From Vulcanimicrobiales bacterium (GTDB taxonomy: Bacteria > Vulcanimicrobiota > Vulcanimicrobiia > Vulcanimicrobiales > Vulcanimicrobiaceae), in assembly GCA_038231455.1 (NCBI GenBank), contig JBBRLI010000010.1, forward strand, positions 32,001 through 96,000: a stretch of DNA of 64,000 nt. The letters run 5' to 3'. The position numbers and the translations under genes were made by a program. Below are positions 47,403 through 56,701 of the stretch, in pieces (the stretch's first letter is position 1; each line of letters starts with the position of its first letter). The notes beneath the pieces were generated by a model. That model did no database searches. It was not told where the DNA came from and saw nothing but the letters and a program-made list of their open reading frames with translations.

Positions 47403-48640
47403 TGAACGACGATGACGCGATTTGGGATCGTATCGACGCGAACTGCCAAGCCGTTGCGATCGCGCACGAATTGATCCAGCCCGGTGAGACCTTCAGCCTT
47501 ACCGAAGACCAAGGAAAAGCGGTCGATGCGATCTGCGATGGTCTCGAAGACGGCGGCTTTGAATTCTTGCTTAAGGCACCGACAGGTTCGGGAAAAACCG
47601 AAGTCATGATGCGCGTTGCGGTCGATACGATTCTCGCAGAAGACTCGTACATCACGCTGATCGCGCCGACGCGCGACCTCGTGCGCCAGCACTTCACGTA
47701 CTTTACCGAACGCCTCGAAGGAACGGGACTCGGCGTTGCGCAGATTCATGGCGGCATTTCACCCGCCGAACGCAAAGCGACCATGGCGGGCCTCGCGGAC
47801 GGATCGATCCGCGTTGTGGTCGGCTCGGCGATGATGCTCGTGAGCGACCAGCTCTGGCGCATGATCGATGAGAGTTCTCTGCTGGTCGTCGACGACGTCA
47901 ACGCGTTCGACGAGCGCGAACATCTACGGTTACTGGAAGATCTCGACTGTCCGATGCTCTTCGCGACCGCGACGCCGGATGAGTTGCGCTCGTTTCTCAC
48001 GCGCGTCGGTGCTTACAATAACGTCATTTCGATGAAGAAAATGCCGTTCGATGTCATTCCGACCAAAGTGCACAAGGTCGAAGGTGTCTGGGGCGAACCG
48101 CCGATCGAGCAGATGTCGCGCGCGGACGAACTCATCCGCATGCACCTCGAGCGCAAGTCGCGCATCTTCGTCATCAGCCGCACGCGCCACGATGTGCCCA
48201 AGCTCGCGCAGCGGCTCGAAGAGACGTATGGATTTCCGGTTCAGCAATTGCGCGGCGATATGGCCGACACCGGCGAGCACAAGAGCCGCCACGCGCGTCG
48301 CGGAGTGAAAGTCAGCAACATCGGCACACGTGTTGAAATGATGGAAGCATTCCGTCGGGGGGCGCCCGCGATTCTCGCCGCGACCAATCTTGTCGGCAGC
48401 GGTCTCGACATTCCGGCAGCGGATCTCATCGTGATCACCGATGCCGACGCATTCGGTGAGGGCGAGACAGAACAACTCATCGGTCGCGTCGGTCGCCGCG
48501 AGCGCCCCTCCGATGCCATTCTTCTCACCGGGACCACCTTTGAGAAAAATCCCTCGCGGTCGCTCGCCAGCGGTCGCGCCAAGACATTTATGCCGCGCGG
48601 CATGCGTGCCAACCAGTTACGTTTCACGCGTCGCAAGTAA
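47399..48640 (+). CDS. Minimal SF2 helicase, RecG-like core
   Basis: LTEDQ, APTGSGKTEV, APTRDL..QH, ATNLVGSGLDIP, QLIGRVGRR; motif II reads DDVN. Confidence 0.8.
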   Translation: MMNDDDAIWDRIDANCQAVAIAHELIQPGETFSLTEDQGKAVDAICDGLEDGGFEFLLKAPTGSGKTEVMMRVAVDTILAEDSYITLIAPTRDLVRQHFTYFTERLEGTGLGVAQIHGGISPAERKATMAGLADGSIRVVVGSAMMLVSDQLWRMIDESSLLVVDDVNAFDEREHLRLLEDLDCPMLFATATPDELRSFLTRVGAYNNVISMKKMPFDVIPTKVHKVEGVWGEPPIEQMSRADELIRMHLERKSRIFVISRTRHDVPKLAQRLEETYGFPVQQLRGDMADTGEHKSRHARRGVKVSNIGTRVEMMEAFRRGAPAILAATNLVGSGLDIPAADLIVITDADAFGEGETEQLIGRVGRRERPSDAILLTGTTFEKNPSRSLASGRAKTFMPRGMRANQLRFTRRK

Positions 48641-48646
48641 CCACCG

Positions 48647-49399
48647 ATGACGGACGTCGCGGCGAACAACGGCTCGTTTGACGACCTCGCGGCCGACTAC
48701 GACCAGTACCGCACCGGATACAGCGCCGAACTCTTCGACGAACTCGTCGGCCTTGGAGTAACGCCGGGCACGATCGTTCTCGATATCGCCTGCGGGAACG
48801 GGATTGCAACGGCTCCACTCGTGGCGCGGGGATGCAAGCTCACCGGCGTCGATCCGTCCGAACCGATGCTCGCGAATGCCCGCACGCGCGTTCCGGCAGC
48901 GACGTTCGTTCTGGGCTACGCCGAGAAACTGCCGTTTGGCGACAACCACTTCGACCACGCGATCTGCGCGCAAGCATTTCATTGGTTCGATCAACCACGC
49001 GCGTTTGAAGAGGCGATTCGCGTTGTCAAACCGGGCGGCAACGTGGCCGTCTGGTGGAAGCGGCTCACGCAGGATGCGGCGATTCGTGCGCTCCGCGATT
49101 CCGCGTATGAAGAAGTCGGCGTTGCGCCGCCAAAAGATGCGCTGGGCGGATCGTTCCGTGCTTACTACGGCGCGGCGTTTAGCGATCGACACCTGCGCGT
49201 GCTTCCGTTCACCTGGCGGACGACGGTGAAGACGTGGATCGGCTACGAGCACTCGCGCGCGACCGCGCGCAACGCGTTCGGTGACAAGCGCGATGCGTAT
49301 CTCAAAGCGCTCGAACGGCGTTTAGTCAAAGAGGCCGGTTCGCTTGAATCGGCGATGATCGCGCCGTACATGCAATACGTCTACATTGGAGTGGTTTAG
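48647..49399 (+). CDS. Class I SAM-dependent methyltransferase
   Basis: VLDIACGNG, GVDPS, AQAFHWFD, VKPGG. Confidence 0.92.
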   Translation: MTDVAANNGSFDDLAADYDQYRTGYSAELFDELVGLGVTPGTIVLDIACGNGIATAPLVARGCKLTGVDPSEPMLANARTRVPAATFVLGYAEKLPFGDNHFDHAICAQAFHWFDQPRAFEEAIRVVKPGGNVAVWWKRLTQDAAIRALRDSAYEEVGVAPPKDALGGSFRAYYGAAFSDRHLRVLPFTWRTTVKTWIGYEHSRATARNAFGDKRDAYLKALERRLVKEAGSLESAMIAPYMQYVYIGVV

Positions 49400-49401
49400 C
49401 G

Positions 49402-50247
49402 TTGCGTCTTGGTCTACACATTGGCGTCAGCGGCGGGTACGACGCAGCGGTCGATTATGCGCAGCGTTTAGGCTGCACGGCGCTGCAAATCTTTAGCGGA
49501 AATCCCAAAACGTATCGGGTCGGAAAAATGAATGTGCCGGCGCTCGAGGGGTTTCGAGATAAGCGCAAAGCCGCGGGGCTCGACCCGGCCGTTATCCATA
49601 CATCGTATCTGATCAACCTTGCAAGCGAAGATGAGAAGATGGTCGCGGGGTCACTCGGCCTCTTGAAAAACGATCTCGCGGTCGCGGCCGTCGGCGGCAT
49701 CCGCTACGTGAACACGCATCTCGGTTCGTACGGGAAGCGCGATCGTGAGGACGGCTTCGGCGCGGTCTGCCGCGCACTCGAGGCGGCACTCGAAGACATC
49801 GCGCCCGATGTTTTTCTCGTGTTGGAAAACAGTGCGGGCGCCGGGCAGCTTTGCGGCGGCACGATGGAGGAGCTGGGACGCTTCCTGCGCGCCGTCCCGC
49901 ACCCGCAGCTCGGTATTTGCATCGACACCGCCCATACGTGGGCTGCGGGCTATGCCATTAATGATTTTGACTCGGTTAGCCGATTCATATCACATGTGGA
50001 GGAGACGATCACCTTAGAAAAGGTGCTTCTTTTCCATTTCAACGACACGCAAATTCCGCTCGGCGGGCACCGGGACCGCCACTGGCACATCGGGGAAGGG
50101 CTCATCGGCTTTGAGGGCTTTCGCGCACTCGCGGGTCACCCGGAGCTGCGCGGCAAGACTGCGATCCTCGAGACGCCCGGTGAAGAGGCCGACGACGAGC
50201 GAAACATGCGTGCCATCCGCCTGATTTTTGAGGGAGCAACGACATGA
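49402..50247 (+). CDS. nfo: Endonuclease IV (AP endonuclease)
   Basis: HTSYLINLAS, HLGS, LENSAG, CIDTAH, HFND, DRH.HIGEG, ILETP. Confidence 0.95.
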   Translation: MRLGLHIGVSGGYDAAVDYAQRLGCTALQIFSGNPKTYRVGKMNVPALEGFRDKRKAAGLDPAVIHTSYLINLASEDEKMVAGSLGLLKNDLAVAAVGGIRYVNTHLGSYGKRDREDGFGAVCRALEAALEDIAPDVFLVLENSAGAGQLCGGTMEELGRFLRAVPHPQLGICIDTAHTWAAGYAINDFDSVSRFISHVEETITLEKVLLFHFNDTQIPLGGHRDRHWHIGEGLIGFEGFRALAGHPELRGKTAILETPGEEADDERNMRAIRLIFEGATT

Positions 50248-50567
50248 CGATGACGGATGACGAGCGACGGATCGCCACGCGCATGAAAACGAGCCTCAGC
50301 GTCACCTTTCGCGTCAATCGGGGTGCGGCAAAAGTAGGTGTCGTGGAGAACATTTCGCGAAGCGGACTGCTCCTGGTTTCTACGGATGCGCTGCTTGCTA
50401 CCGACACGATCGAAGTCACCTTTTCCGATCCGATCCACGGCCACTCGCACGATGTGGAAGGCGATGTCGTGCGCAGCGCGCCCGCGGGCCGCTTCGGCGT
50501 TTCGTTTATCCGCGTTACCGAAGAAGCGCTCGACTTCGTCCGCAAAATGGTCGGTATCGCCGCGTAG
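50244..50567 (+). CDS. PilZ domain protein (putative c-di-GMP receptor)
   Basis: RxxxR (RIATR) and NISRSG motifs. Confidence 0.85.
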   Translation: MTMTDDERRIATRMKTSLSVTFRVNRGAAKVGVVENISRSGLLLVSTDALLATDTIEVTFSDPIHGHSHDVEGDVVRSAPAGRFGVSFIRVTEEALDFVRKMVGIAA

Positions 50568-50576
50568 GAGCGACGG

Positions 50577-51056
50577 TTGATCGCGCGCGGCGACCGCGTT
50601 GCGTTCGTCGGCCCATCGGCCCCGGCCGATGAAGCGCTGGCCCTCGCGCTTGTGGGCCTGCGTTTTGGGCGCGTCGCCCGAGCCGGTCGAGACCTGCGGC
50701 CCTATCCCTATATGAGCGTCGGTGGTGCCGAACGCTTTCAATCTGCGATCTCAAAACCGTGGGATTCCGCGCGCTTCGCAGCGGTCTGCGCTGCGGCCGG
50801 ACTCGAGTCGCACCACGCGATTCGACGGCTCAAGCGCTCGTACGCACGCGCGCTCGTCGTCGCGCTTCTCGTTGCGACATCGCCCGACGTGCTCGTCATC
50901 GAGGGGATCGAGGAACTGGACGAAGCCGCCGCCGGTGCGCTCGATCGTGCCTTCGCACTGGTTCCTACCGTTCTCGTCAGCTGTGCGACGGAAGAAACGG
51001 CCGCGCGCTTCGGTGCACGTATCGTTTCGATTGCGCCGCTGGAGGCCGTTTCGTGA
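50577..51056 (+). CDS. Degenerate ABC ATPase-like protein
   Basis: GDRVAFVGP (no GKT); PDVLVIEG..ELD Walker-B-like; upstream of an ABC-2 permease. Confidence 0.55.
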   Translation: MIARGDRVAFVGPSAPADEALALALVGLRFGRVARAGRDLRPYPYMSVGGAERFQSAISKPWDSARFAAVCAAAGLESHHAIRRLKRSYARALVVALLVATSPDVLVIEGIEELDEAAAGALDRAFALVPTVLVSCATEETAARFGARIVSIAPLEAVS

Positions 51057-51805
51057 CGCGCGCGCTGCTGGGCAAGGAATTCTTCGAGCGGCGCATTTAT
51101 TTTGCGATCGGTTTCGTGTTGGTCTGCGCGATCGCCGCGCTGATGCCGCGTTTCTTTGCGTTTTCGTACGCGCTTGCCACGACGAATTCAAAAGCCCCCG
51201 CCGATATCGTCGCCGACATTCTGCACAACGTGCGATCGTATTCAGCGTTTATCGAGACGCAGTGGTGTGGCCGCGGCTTGGCGCGCGCTCTCATCATCCT
51301 CGCCCTCATCGCCGGAATCGGAACCGTCGCGACGGAACGTGAGAGTCGCACGCTGGGACTGCTCACGCAGTCCTCGCTTCGCCGTTCGACGATCGTCGTC
51401 GTGAAATTCGCCGTGATCGGGATGTGGCTGTCGCTCATTGCGCTCTGCAGCGTTGCGATCGTGGCAGCGGCTTCGCTCGTCGACCATCGCATTATCGGTC
51501 TTGCAAGTCTCGCGCAGCCGTCGTTTGTCGCGCTCGTTTGCGCGTGGGCGGTGTTGGCGCTTGCGATGCTTGCAAGCGTGCTGTTTCCGACGTCGCTCAA
51601 AGCGACCGTTTTCGCGCTCGGTTTGGTCATCTTCGTTGCGGCGGCCGGATCGCCGTTCGGCTATAATCTCATTACGCTCCCGGAAAATATCTTCACAACC
51701 GACGGTGTATTTCTTGCCGGACGTTTCATTACGGACTGTGCCTTCGCGTTCGGTGTCGGTTTCGTTGCGCTCATCGCCGCGATCGCGCGTTTTCAAGAGA
51801 CGTGA
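51053..51805 (+). CDS. ABC-2 type permease
   Basis: ATERESRTLGLL..LRRSTIVVVKF; about six TM segments; SD GGAGG + GTG. Confidence 0.8.
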   Translation: MTRALLGKEFFERRIYFAIGFVLVCAIAALMPRFFAFSYALATTNSKAPADIVADILHNVRSYSAFIETQWCGRGLARALIILALIAGIGTVATERESRTLGLLTQSSLRRSTIVVVKFAVIGMWLSLIALCSVAIVAAASLVDHRIIGLASLAQPSFVALVCAWAVLALAMLASVLFPTSLKATVFALGLVIFVAAAGSPFGYNLITLPENIFTTDGVFLAGRFITDCAFAFGVGFVALIAAIARFQET

Positions 51806-52848
51806 TCGCGCACTTCGACCTCGATGCGTTCTACGCATCGGTGGCGCAGCGCGACGATCCATCCCTGCGGGGAAGGCCGCTTGCAGTCGCGGGTTCCGGT
51901 CGACGATCGGTCGTGCTCACGGCATCGTACGAGGCGCGTCCCTACGGCGTCCGTTCCGCAATGCCGCTTTGGAAGGCGCTCGCGGCGTGCCCGCAGCTTC
52001 TCGTCGTTCCGCCGACTTTCGAACGGTATAAAGAAAGCTCGGCCGCCGTCTTCGCGATTTTCGCCGACGGCGCGACGGCCGTTGAGGGTCTGTCGTTCGA
52101 TGAGGCGTTTTGTGCGTTGCCCACCGACGATCTCGTGGCGGCGCGCGTGTGGGCAGAACACGTTCGTGCCCGGATTTTCGCCGAAGTGGGTTTGACGGCG
52201 AGTGCCGGAATTGCACGCGGCAAGATGGTCGCGAAAATTGCGAGCGATTCGTGCAAGCCGAACGGCATCGCGGTCGTTGAGCCGGGAACGGAAGCGGCGT
52301 ATCTTGCGCCGATGCCCGTTGGACGGCTGTGGGGAATCGGTCCGAAGACGCAGATTCGCATGAGCGAAGCCGGGGTTCAAACGATCGGTGACGTCGCAGC
52401 GCTCGATGACGCGCGCGCATTCGCGTTGTTCGGCAAGTGGGGCCGCGACGTGCGCGAACTCGCGCGCGGAAACGACGAGCGGGAAGTCGATGGCTCGCGC
52501 GAACGAAAATCCGTCTCGACCGAAGAAACATTCGAGTACGACGTGCGTGATGAGGAACGCGTCTTAGCGCTGCTCGCAACGCAGGCCGCGGAACTCTCCG
52601 CGTACCTCAAAAAGCGCAACCTGCGCGGCTCGACGGTTGGCATCAAGATCAAACGATCCGATTTTACCGTCCTCGGTCGCCAAACGCATCTCGTCGTTGC
52701 GACCGACGATGAAACGACGATCCTCGATGCAGCACGCCACTGTTGGTCTCGCGCCGGAATCGCTGGCCAACCGATCCGACTCCTCGGCACACGCATCGCG
52801 TCGCTCACCGAAGAAGCCGAACGCCAAATTTCGCTCTTCCCGGGCTAA
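51802..52848 (+). CDS. dinB: DNA polymerase IV (Y family)
   Basis: HFDLDAFYASV, SYEAR.YGV.SAMP, SFDEA, AKIASD..KPNG, LWGIGPKT. Confidence 0.96.
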   Translation: MIAHFDLDAFYASVAQRDDPSLRGRPLAVAGSGRRSVVLTASYEARPYGVRSAMPLWKALAACPQLLVVPPTFERYKESSAAVFAIFADGATAVEGLSFDEAFCALPTDDLVAARVWAEHVRARIFAEVGLTASAGIARGKMVAKIASDSCKPNGIAVVEPGTEAAYLAPMPVGRLWGIGPKTQIRMSEAGVQTIGDVAALDDARAFALFGKWGRDVRELARGNDEREVDGSRERKSVSTEETFEYDVRDEERVLALLATQAAELSAYLKKRNLRGSTVGIKIKRSDFTVLGRQTHLVVATDDETTILDAARHCWSRAGIAGQPIRLLGTRIASLTEEAERQISLFPG

Positions 52849-54449
52849 AGTCCGAGCGCTGCAGAGTCCGCGCGCGGGTCGGCTCCTCCGGCGAGCGTGC
52901 CGGCTTCGCGATCGATGAGGATGGCGTGCGCGTGCCCCATGAGATTTTCGAACGCGCCGATCGGTACGACGTCGTGACCGCGTCGCGCTAAGTCGGCGAT
53001 GAGCGCCGGATCGGTGCGCGATTCGACGCGGACGGAGTCCAGCTTTTCTGCGACGTTGATGCGGCCGTGCAGCCAGCGCGGCGCATCGAGCGCTTGTTGC
53101 ACGGACATGCCGCGTTCGAAGATGTTGTGGATGAGCTGCATCTGCGTCTGCGGCTGACCGTCCGCGCCCATCGTACCGTGCACCAGTTTCGGCTTGCCCT
53201 CGAGGAACACCATCGCCGGAGAGAGCGTGTGGACGGGCCGCTTGCCGCCGCCGAAGCAATTGGGATGCCCATCGACCGTGTTGAAATAGGCGCCGCGATT
53301 GTGCAGAAAAATGCCGGTTCCGCGAGCCATGATGCCGCTGCCGAAATTCATGTAGAGGCTCTGGATAAGCGAGACGCAGCGACCGGCTTCGTCAACGACG
53401 ACGAGTGCGATCGTATCGCCGTCCCCAAGCGAGGAACGTTCTTGCAAAGCCCGCTCGTCGATGGATGCGCGCATCGAGCGCAGACCAGCCGGCGTGAGGA
53501 ACTCCTCGACCCGCGTATCGACGAAGCGCGGGTCGCCGAAGAGCGCATCGCGCCGGTGAAAGGCGCGCTTCACCGCCTCGATTGCGTGGTGTGTCCAGGC
53601 GCTTTCACTGGCGAACGTGTCGTCCGCGATTGCGCCGAGAGCCATGAGGGTCGTCGCGCCTTGTGAATTCGGCGGATGCGCGATGAGCTCGAGGCCCCTC
53701 CACGGGATCCGCAAGGGCTCCACCACCTCGGTTCGATGCGTGGAAAGGTCGTCGAGCGTCATCGCGCTACCGCGGGCTTGAAGTGTCGAAACGATCGACT
53801 CGCCGATTGCGCCGTCGTAGAATGCGCTTGGGCCGTCGCGCCGGATCGTCGCAAGCGACTCCGCTAAGGGCTCGTTGTGGGCAATCGAACCGGCGAGTGG
53901 CGTTCCGTGCGCGAAGAACAGAGCCCGCGCATCGTCATCGGCGAGCAGCAGCTCCGCATTGATTTCAAAGTAGCGCGCTGCGACGTCGCTGAGGGCGAAG
54001 CCGTCGCGGGCGTACGTTTCGGCTGGCGCAAGGAGCTCCGCCATGTCGATTGTGCCGTGCTTTGCATGCACGTCATACCACGAACGAACGGCACCCGGTA
54101 CCGTGACCGCTAGGCCGTCGCGGATCGGCATCTCGCCAAGGTTCGCAACCTGATCGAGCGTCGCGTGGCGAGGCGCAGCGCCGCCGCCATTGTACGCGAT
54201 CGTCTGACCGGTGGTCGGTTCGTAGACGATCCAGAGCGCGTCGCCGCCGATCCCACACGACGCCGGATACACGACGGTGAGCACGGCATTTGCAGCGATC
54301 GCGGCATCGACGGCATTTCCGCCGCGGCGCAAAACCTCGAGGCCGATCTGGGATGCGAGCGCGTGCGGCGATGCAATCATCGCGCGGGTCGAGCGCGCCA
54401 CGGCACGCGTGGGAAACGGGAAACTCACGGAGTTACTGCTTGAGTTCAT
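52845..54449 (-). CDS. ggt: Gamma-glutamyltransferase
   Basis: GGNAVDAAIA, GIGGD, VPG.V, GDT autocleavage site, KRPVHTLSP, GADPRAD. Confidence 0.93.
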   Translation of the reverse strand: MNSSSNSVSFPFPTRAVARSTRAMIASPHALASQIGLEVLRRGGNAVDAAIAANAVLTVVYPASCGIGGDALWIVYEPTTGQTIAYNGGGAAPRHATLDQVANLGEMPIRDGLAVTVPGAVRSWYDVHAKHGTIDMAELLAPAETYARDGFALSDVAARYFEINAELLLADDDARALFFAHGTPLAGSIAHNEPLAESLATIRRDGPSAFYDGAIGESIVSTLQARGSAMTLDDLSTHRTEVVEPLRIPWRGLELIAHPPNSQGATTLMALGAIADDTFASESAWTHHAIEAVKRAFHRRDALFGDPRFVDTRVEEFLTPAGLRSMRASIDERALQERSSLGDGDTIALVVVDEAGRCVSLIQSLYMNFGSGIMARGTGIFLHNRGAYFNTVDGHPNCFGGGKRPVHTLSPAMVFLEGKPKLVHGTMGADGQPQTQMQLIHNIFERGMSVQQALDAPRWLHGRINVAEKLDSVRVESRTDPALIADLARRGHDVVPIGAFENLMGHAHAILIDREAGTLAGGADPRADSAALGL

Positions 54450-55408
54450 ACGTGGTCGGTGCTCCAAATTCGATCGGCATCATCGGCAAGAATCGCAGGA
54501 GCGGCCGCTTTCCATGCCGTGCGCGCGGCGCGAGTGAGGGGTACGAGCATGGTAATCGCGGTCTTGCGTTTACGAACGGCTCCGCGCGGAAGCGCGGCAC
54601 GCGCGATGTCGGGCGGCAGCCAGCCGGTAACTTTCTGTAAGTCGCCGGCTCCGCTACGTAAGAGCGCGGGGATCGCATCGAAGCCTTCATCGCCCGTATA
54701 GGCGAACTCGTCGACGACAAACGCGTCGCGTTCCGGCATCCGTCGACCGAAGACGTATGCGGAAACCGTACGGCCTTTCCGAACGAGCATTTCAACGAGC
54801 TGACCGTTCTGCTCGCGCGATCGCGACCGCATGCGAATAAAGTCCCACACTAGCGGCGTTCGTCGCAAGCCCATCGCACGTCGCGATTCGAGCTGCTCGA
54901 AGCAGCGGCGAATCCCCGCCCAATCGCTCTCGCCGACGCGTTGCACGTCGATGCGCCGGTCCTCGAACAAGTCCGCATTGAGCGTTATCGCGCGCGAGGG
55001 GAGCGCGATGAATCCAAGTCGCTCGTAAAATGCGGGGTGAATGTCCGAAAAAAGATACGCGACATCAACTCCCGCCGCGCGCTCCGCATCGAGCGCTGCG
55101 CCGAGCATCGCCGATGCATACCCGTGTCCTCGATCTTCAGGAGGCGTGAAGACGGCGCCAATCCCAAATGCCCGAAGCGCGCGATCGCCACAGCGTAATT
55201 CGCGTTCGTATCGTTTAAACGAACAGACTAGCCGACCGCCAACGCGCAGGCCCATCGTGCGAAATCGCTTCGCGCCATACGGTGACGCTGCGATCTCTTC
55301 GAGTTCCGCGACGTATTCGGCATAGGTGCGCGATCCAGCCCAGAGCACTTTGCTCAGGGGCAAGACCGTCGCCACGTATTCCGGGATCGGGATCGTCGCG
55401 AGGCGCAT
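54446..55408 (-). CDS. GNAT acetyltransferase (Eis-like)
   Basis: IGAVFTPPEDRGHGYAS, LFSDIHPAFYERLGF. Confidence 0.85.
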   Translation of the reverse strand: MRLATIPIPEYVATVLPLSKVLWAGSRTYAEYVAELEEIAASPYGAKRFRTMGLRVGGRLVCSFKRYERELRCGDRALRAFGIGAVFTPPEDRGHGYASAMLGAALDAERAAGVDVAYLFSDIHPAFYERLGFIALPSRAITLNADLFEDRRIDVQRVGESDWAGIRRCFEQLESRRAMGLRRTPLVWDFIRMRSRSREQNGQLVEMLVRKGRTVSAYVFGRRMPERDAFVVDEFAYTGDEGFDAIPALLRSGAGDLQKVTGWLPPDIARAALPRGAVRKRKTAITMLVPLTRAARTAWKAAAPAILADDADRIWSTDHV

Positions 55409-55459
55409 CGCGGTGACCTTTTGCGACCGTGTTCCGCGCGGCCTGGTCGCGAACCAAAC

Positions 55460-56692
55460 TTAGACGAACGCGAGCGTGTCGAATTGCCCTGCAAGCACGT
55501 CATTCGGATTGCGCCCGAGCCACTTCGAGAGCACCGTCGCGTAGACGGAGCGGAAGTCCGTGTTGTATTTGAGATCGCCGTGGTCGAGATCCGTGAGCGA
55601 GGGATGTGCGCCGTAAACGCCGCCTTTGAGCGCGCCGCCGATAACGAAGAGCGGCATTGCGGTCCCGTGGTCGGTCCCGTTGTTCGCGTTTTGCTGGACG
55701 CGACGTCCGAACTCGGAGAACGTCATCGTCATCACGTTCTTGTTTTTGCCATGCGCCTTGAGGTCTTGATAGAATGCAAGCAGTCCCGAGCCGAGGTATC
55801 CGAGCAAGCGGTCCTGCTGCTGGCGCTGGTTGACATGCGTATCGAATGAGCCGATCGACACGAAGATGATGCGCGTTCCGGTGTCGCTGCCGATCATCTG
55901 CGCTGCGAGTTGCAGCTGTTGCGAGAACCCGTCTTTGGGATACGCAACCGCCGGCTTGTAGGCGGCGACTTTTTGACGCAAAACGTCGCCGCCGTGATAC
56001 GCCGAACGGGCGGTATCTTCGAGCATCGTCAAATACGGCGACTGACCCGGACGTGCGCCGTCATAGAGCACACCCGCGCTAGTCTTCGCGTTTGCGTCGC
56101 GACCGACGTTGAAGTTGAAGGCGTTGAGCGCGCCGATCGCCGGCACGTCGACGTGCTGCGAGACGAGTGCGGCGGGAATCTGATCGCCGAGGGCAACGGC
56201 TTGAAACGGATTCTTCGGCTTTTCTCCGGCGGAATTGGTTTTATCAAGGTAGCGGCCAAGCCACCCCGTTTGCTCGCGCAAACCCGGCGATGCGGTTTCC
56301 CATATCTGCGTTGCCTCGAAGTGCGAACGGTTGGGATTGGGATAGCCGACGCCTTGCACGATTGCGACTTGCCCATCTTTATATAGTTCGTTCAGACCCG
56401 CGAGCGCCGGATTGAGACCGATTCGCTCGTCGATTTTTAGGACGGTATTTTCCGCGACCCGAATGACCGGTCGCACGTTGTGATACGCGTCGTCCGAATA
56501 CGGCACGACCGTATTGAGGCCGTCGTTCCCGCCACCCATTTGAATGACAACGAGCACATTGCCGGGATCGATGCTCGATCCAAGCGCCGGAAGCGCTTGC
56601 GCGGATGCGGCGCGCATAAATGCAAGCGGCATCGTGCCGCCGAGCACGGCGATTCCAAGACCCTGGTGGATGAACGTACGACGTGAGGACAT
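55460..56692 (-). CDS. DUF1501 family Tat-exported protein
   Basis: SRRTF twin-arginine signal; GGNDGLN, SHF, FDTH, SEFGR, GTDHG, DFRSVY. Confidence 0.9.
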   Translation of the reverse strand: MSSRRTFIHQGLGIAVLGGTMPLAFMRAASAQALPALGSSIDPGNVLVVIQMGGGNDGLNTVVPYSDDAYHNVRPVIRVAENTVLKIDERIGLNPALAGLNELYKDGQVAIVQGVGYPNPNRSHFEATQIWETASPGLREQTGWLGRYLDKTNSAGEKPKNPFQAVALGDQIPAALVSQHVDVPAIGALNAFNFNVGRDANAKTSAGVLYDGARPGQSPYLTMLEDTARSAYHGGDVLRQKVAAYKPAVAYPKDGFSQQLQLAAQMIGSDTGTRIIFVSIGSFDTHVNQRQQQDRLLGYLGSGLLAFYQDLKAHGKNKNVMTMTFSEFGRRVQQNANNGTDHGTAMPLFVIGGALKGGVYGAHPSLTDLDHGDLKYNTDFRSVYATVLSKWLGRNPNDVLAGQFDTLAFV

Positions 56693-56701
56693 CAGCGGCT
56701 C

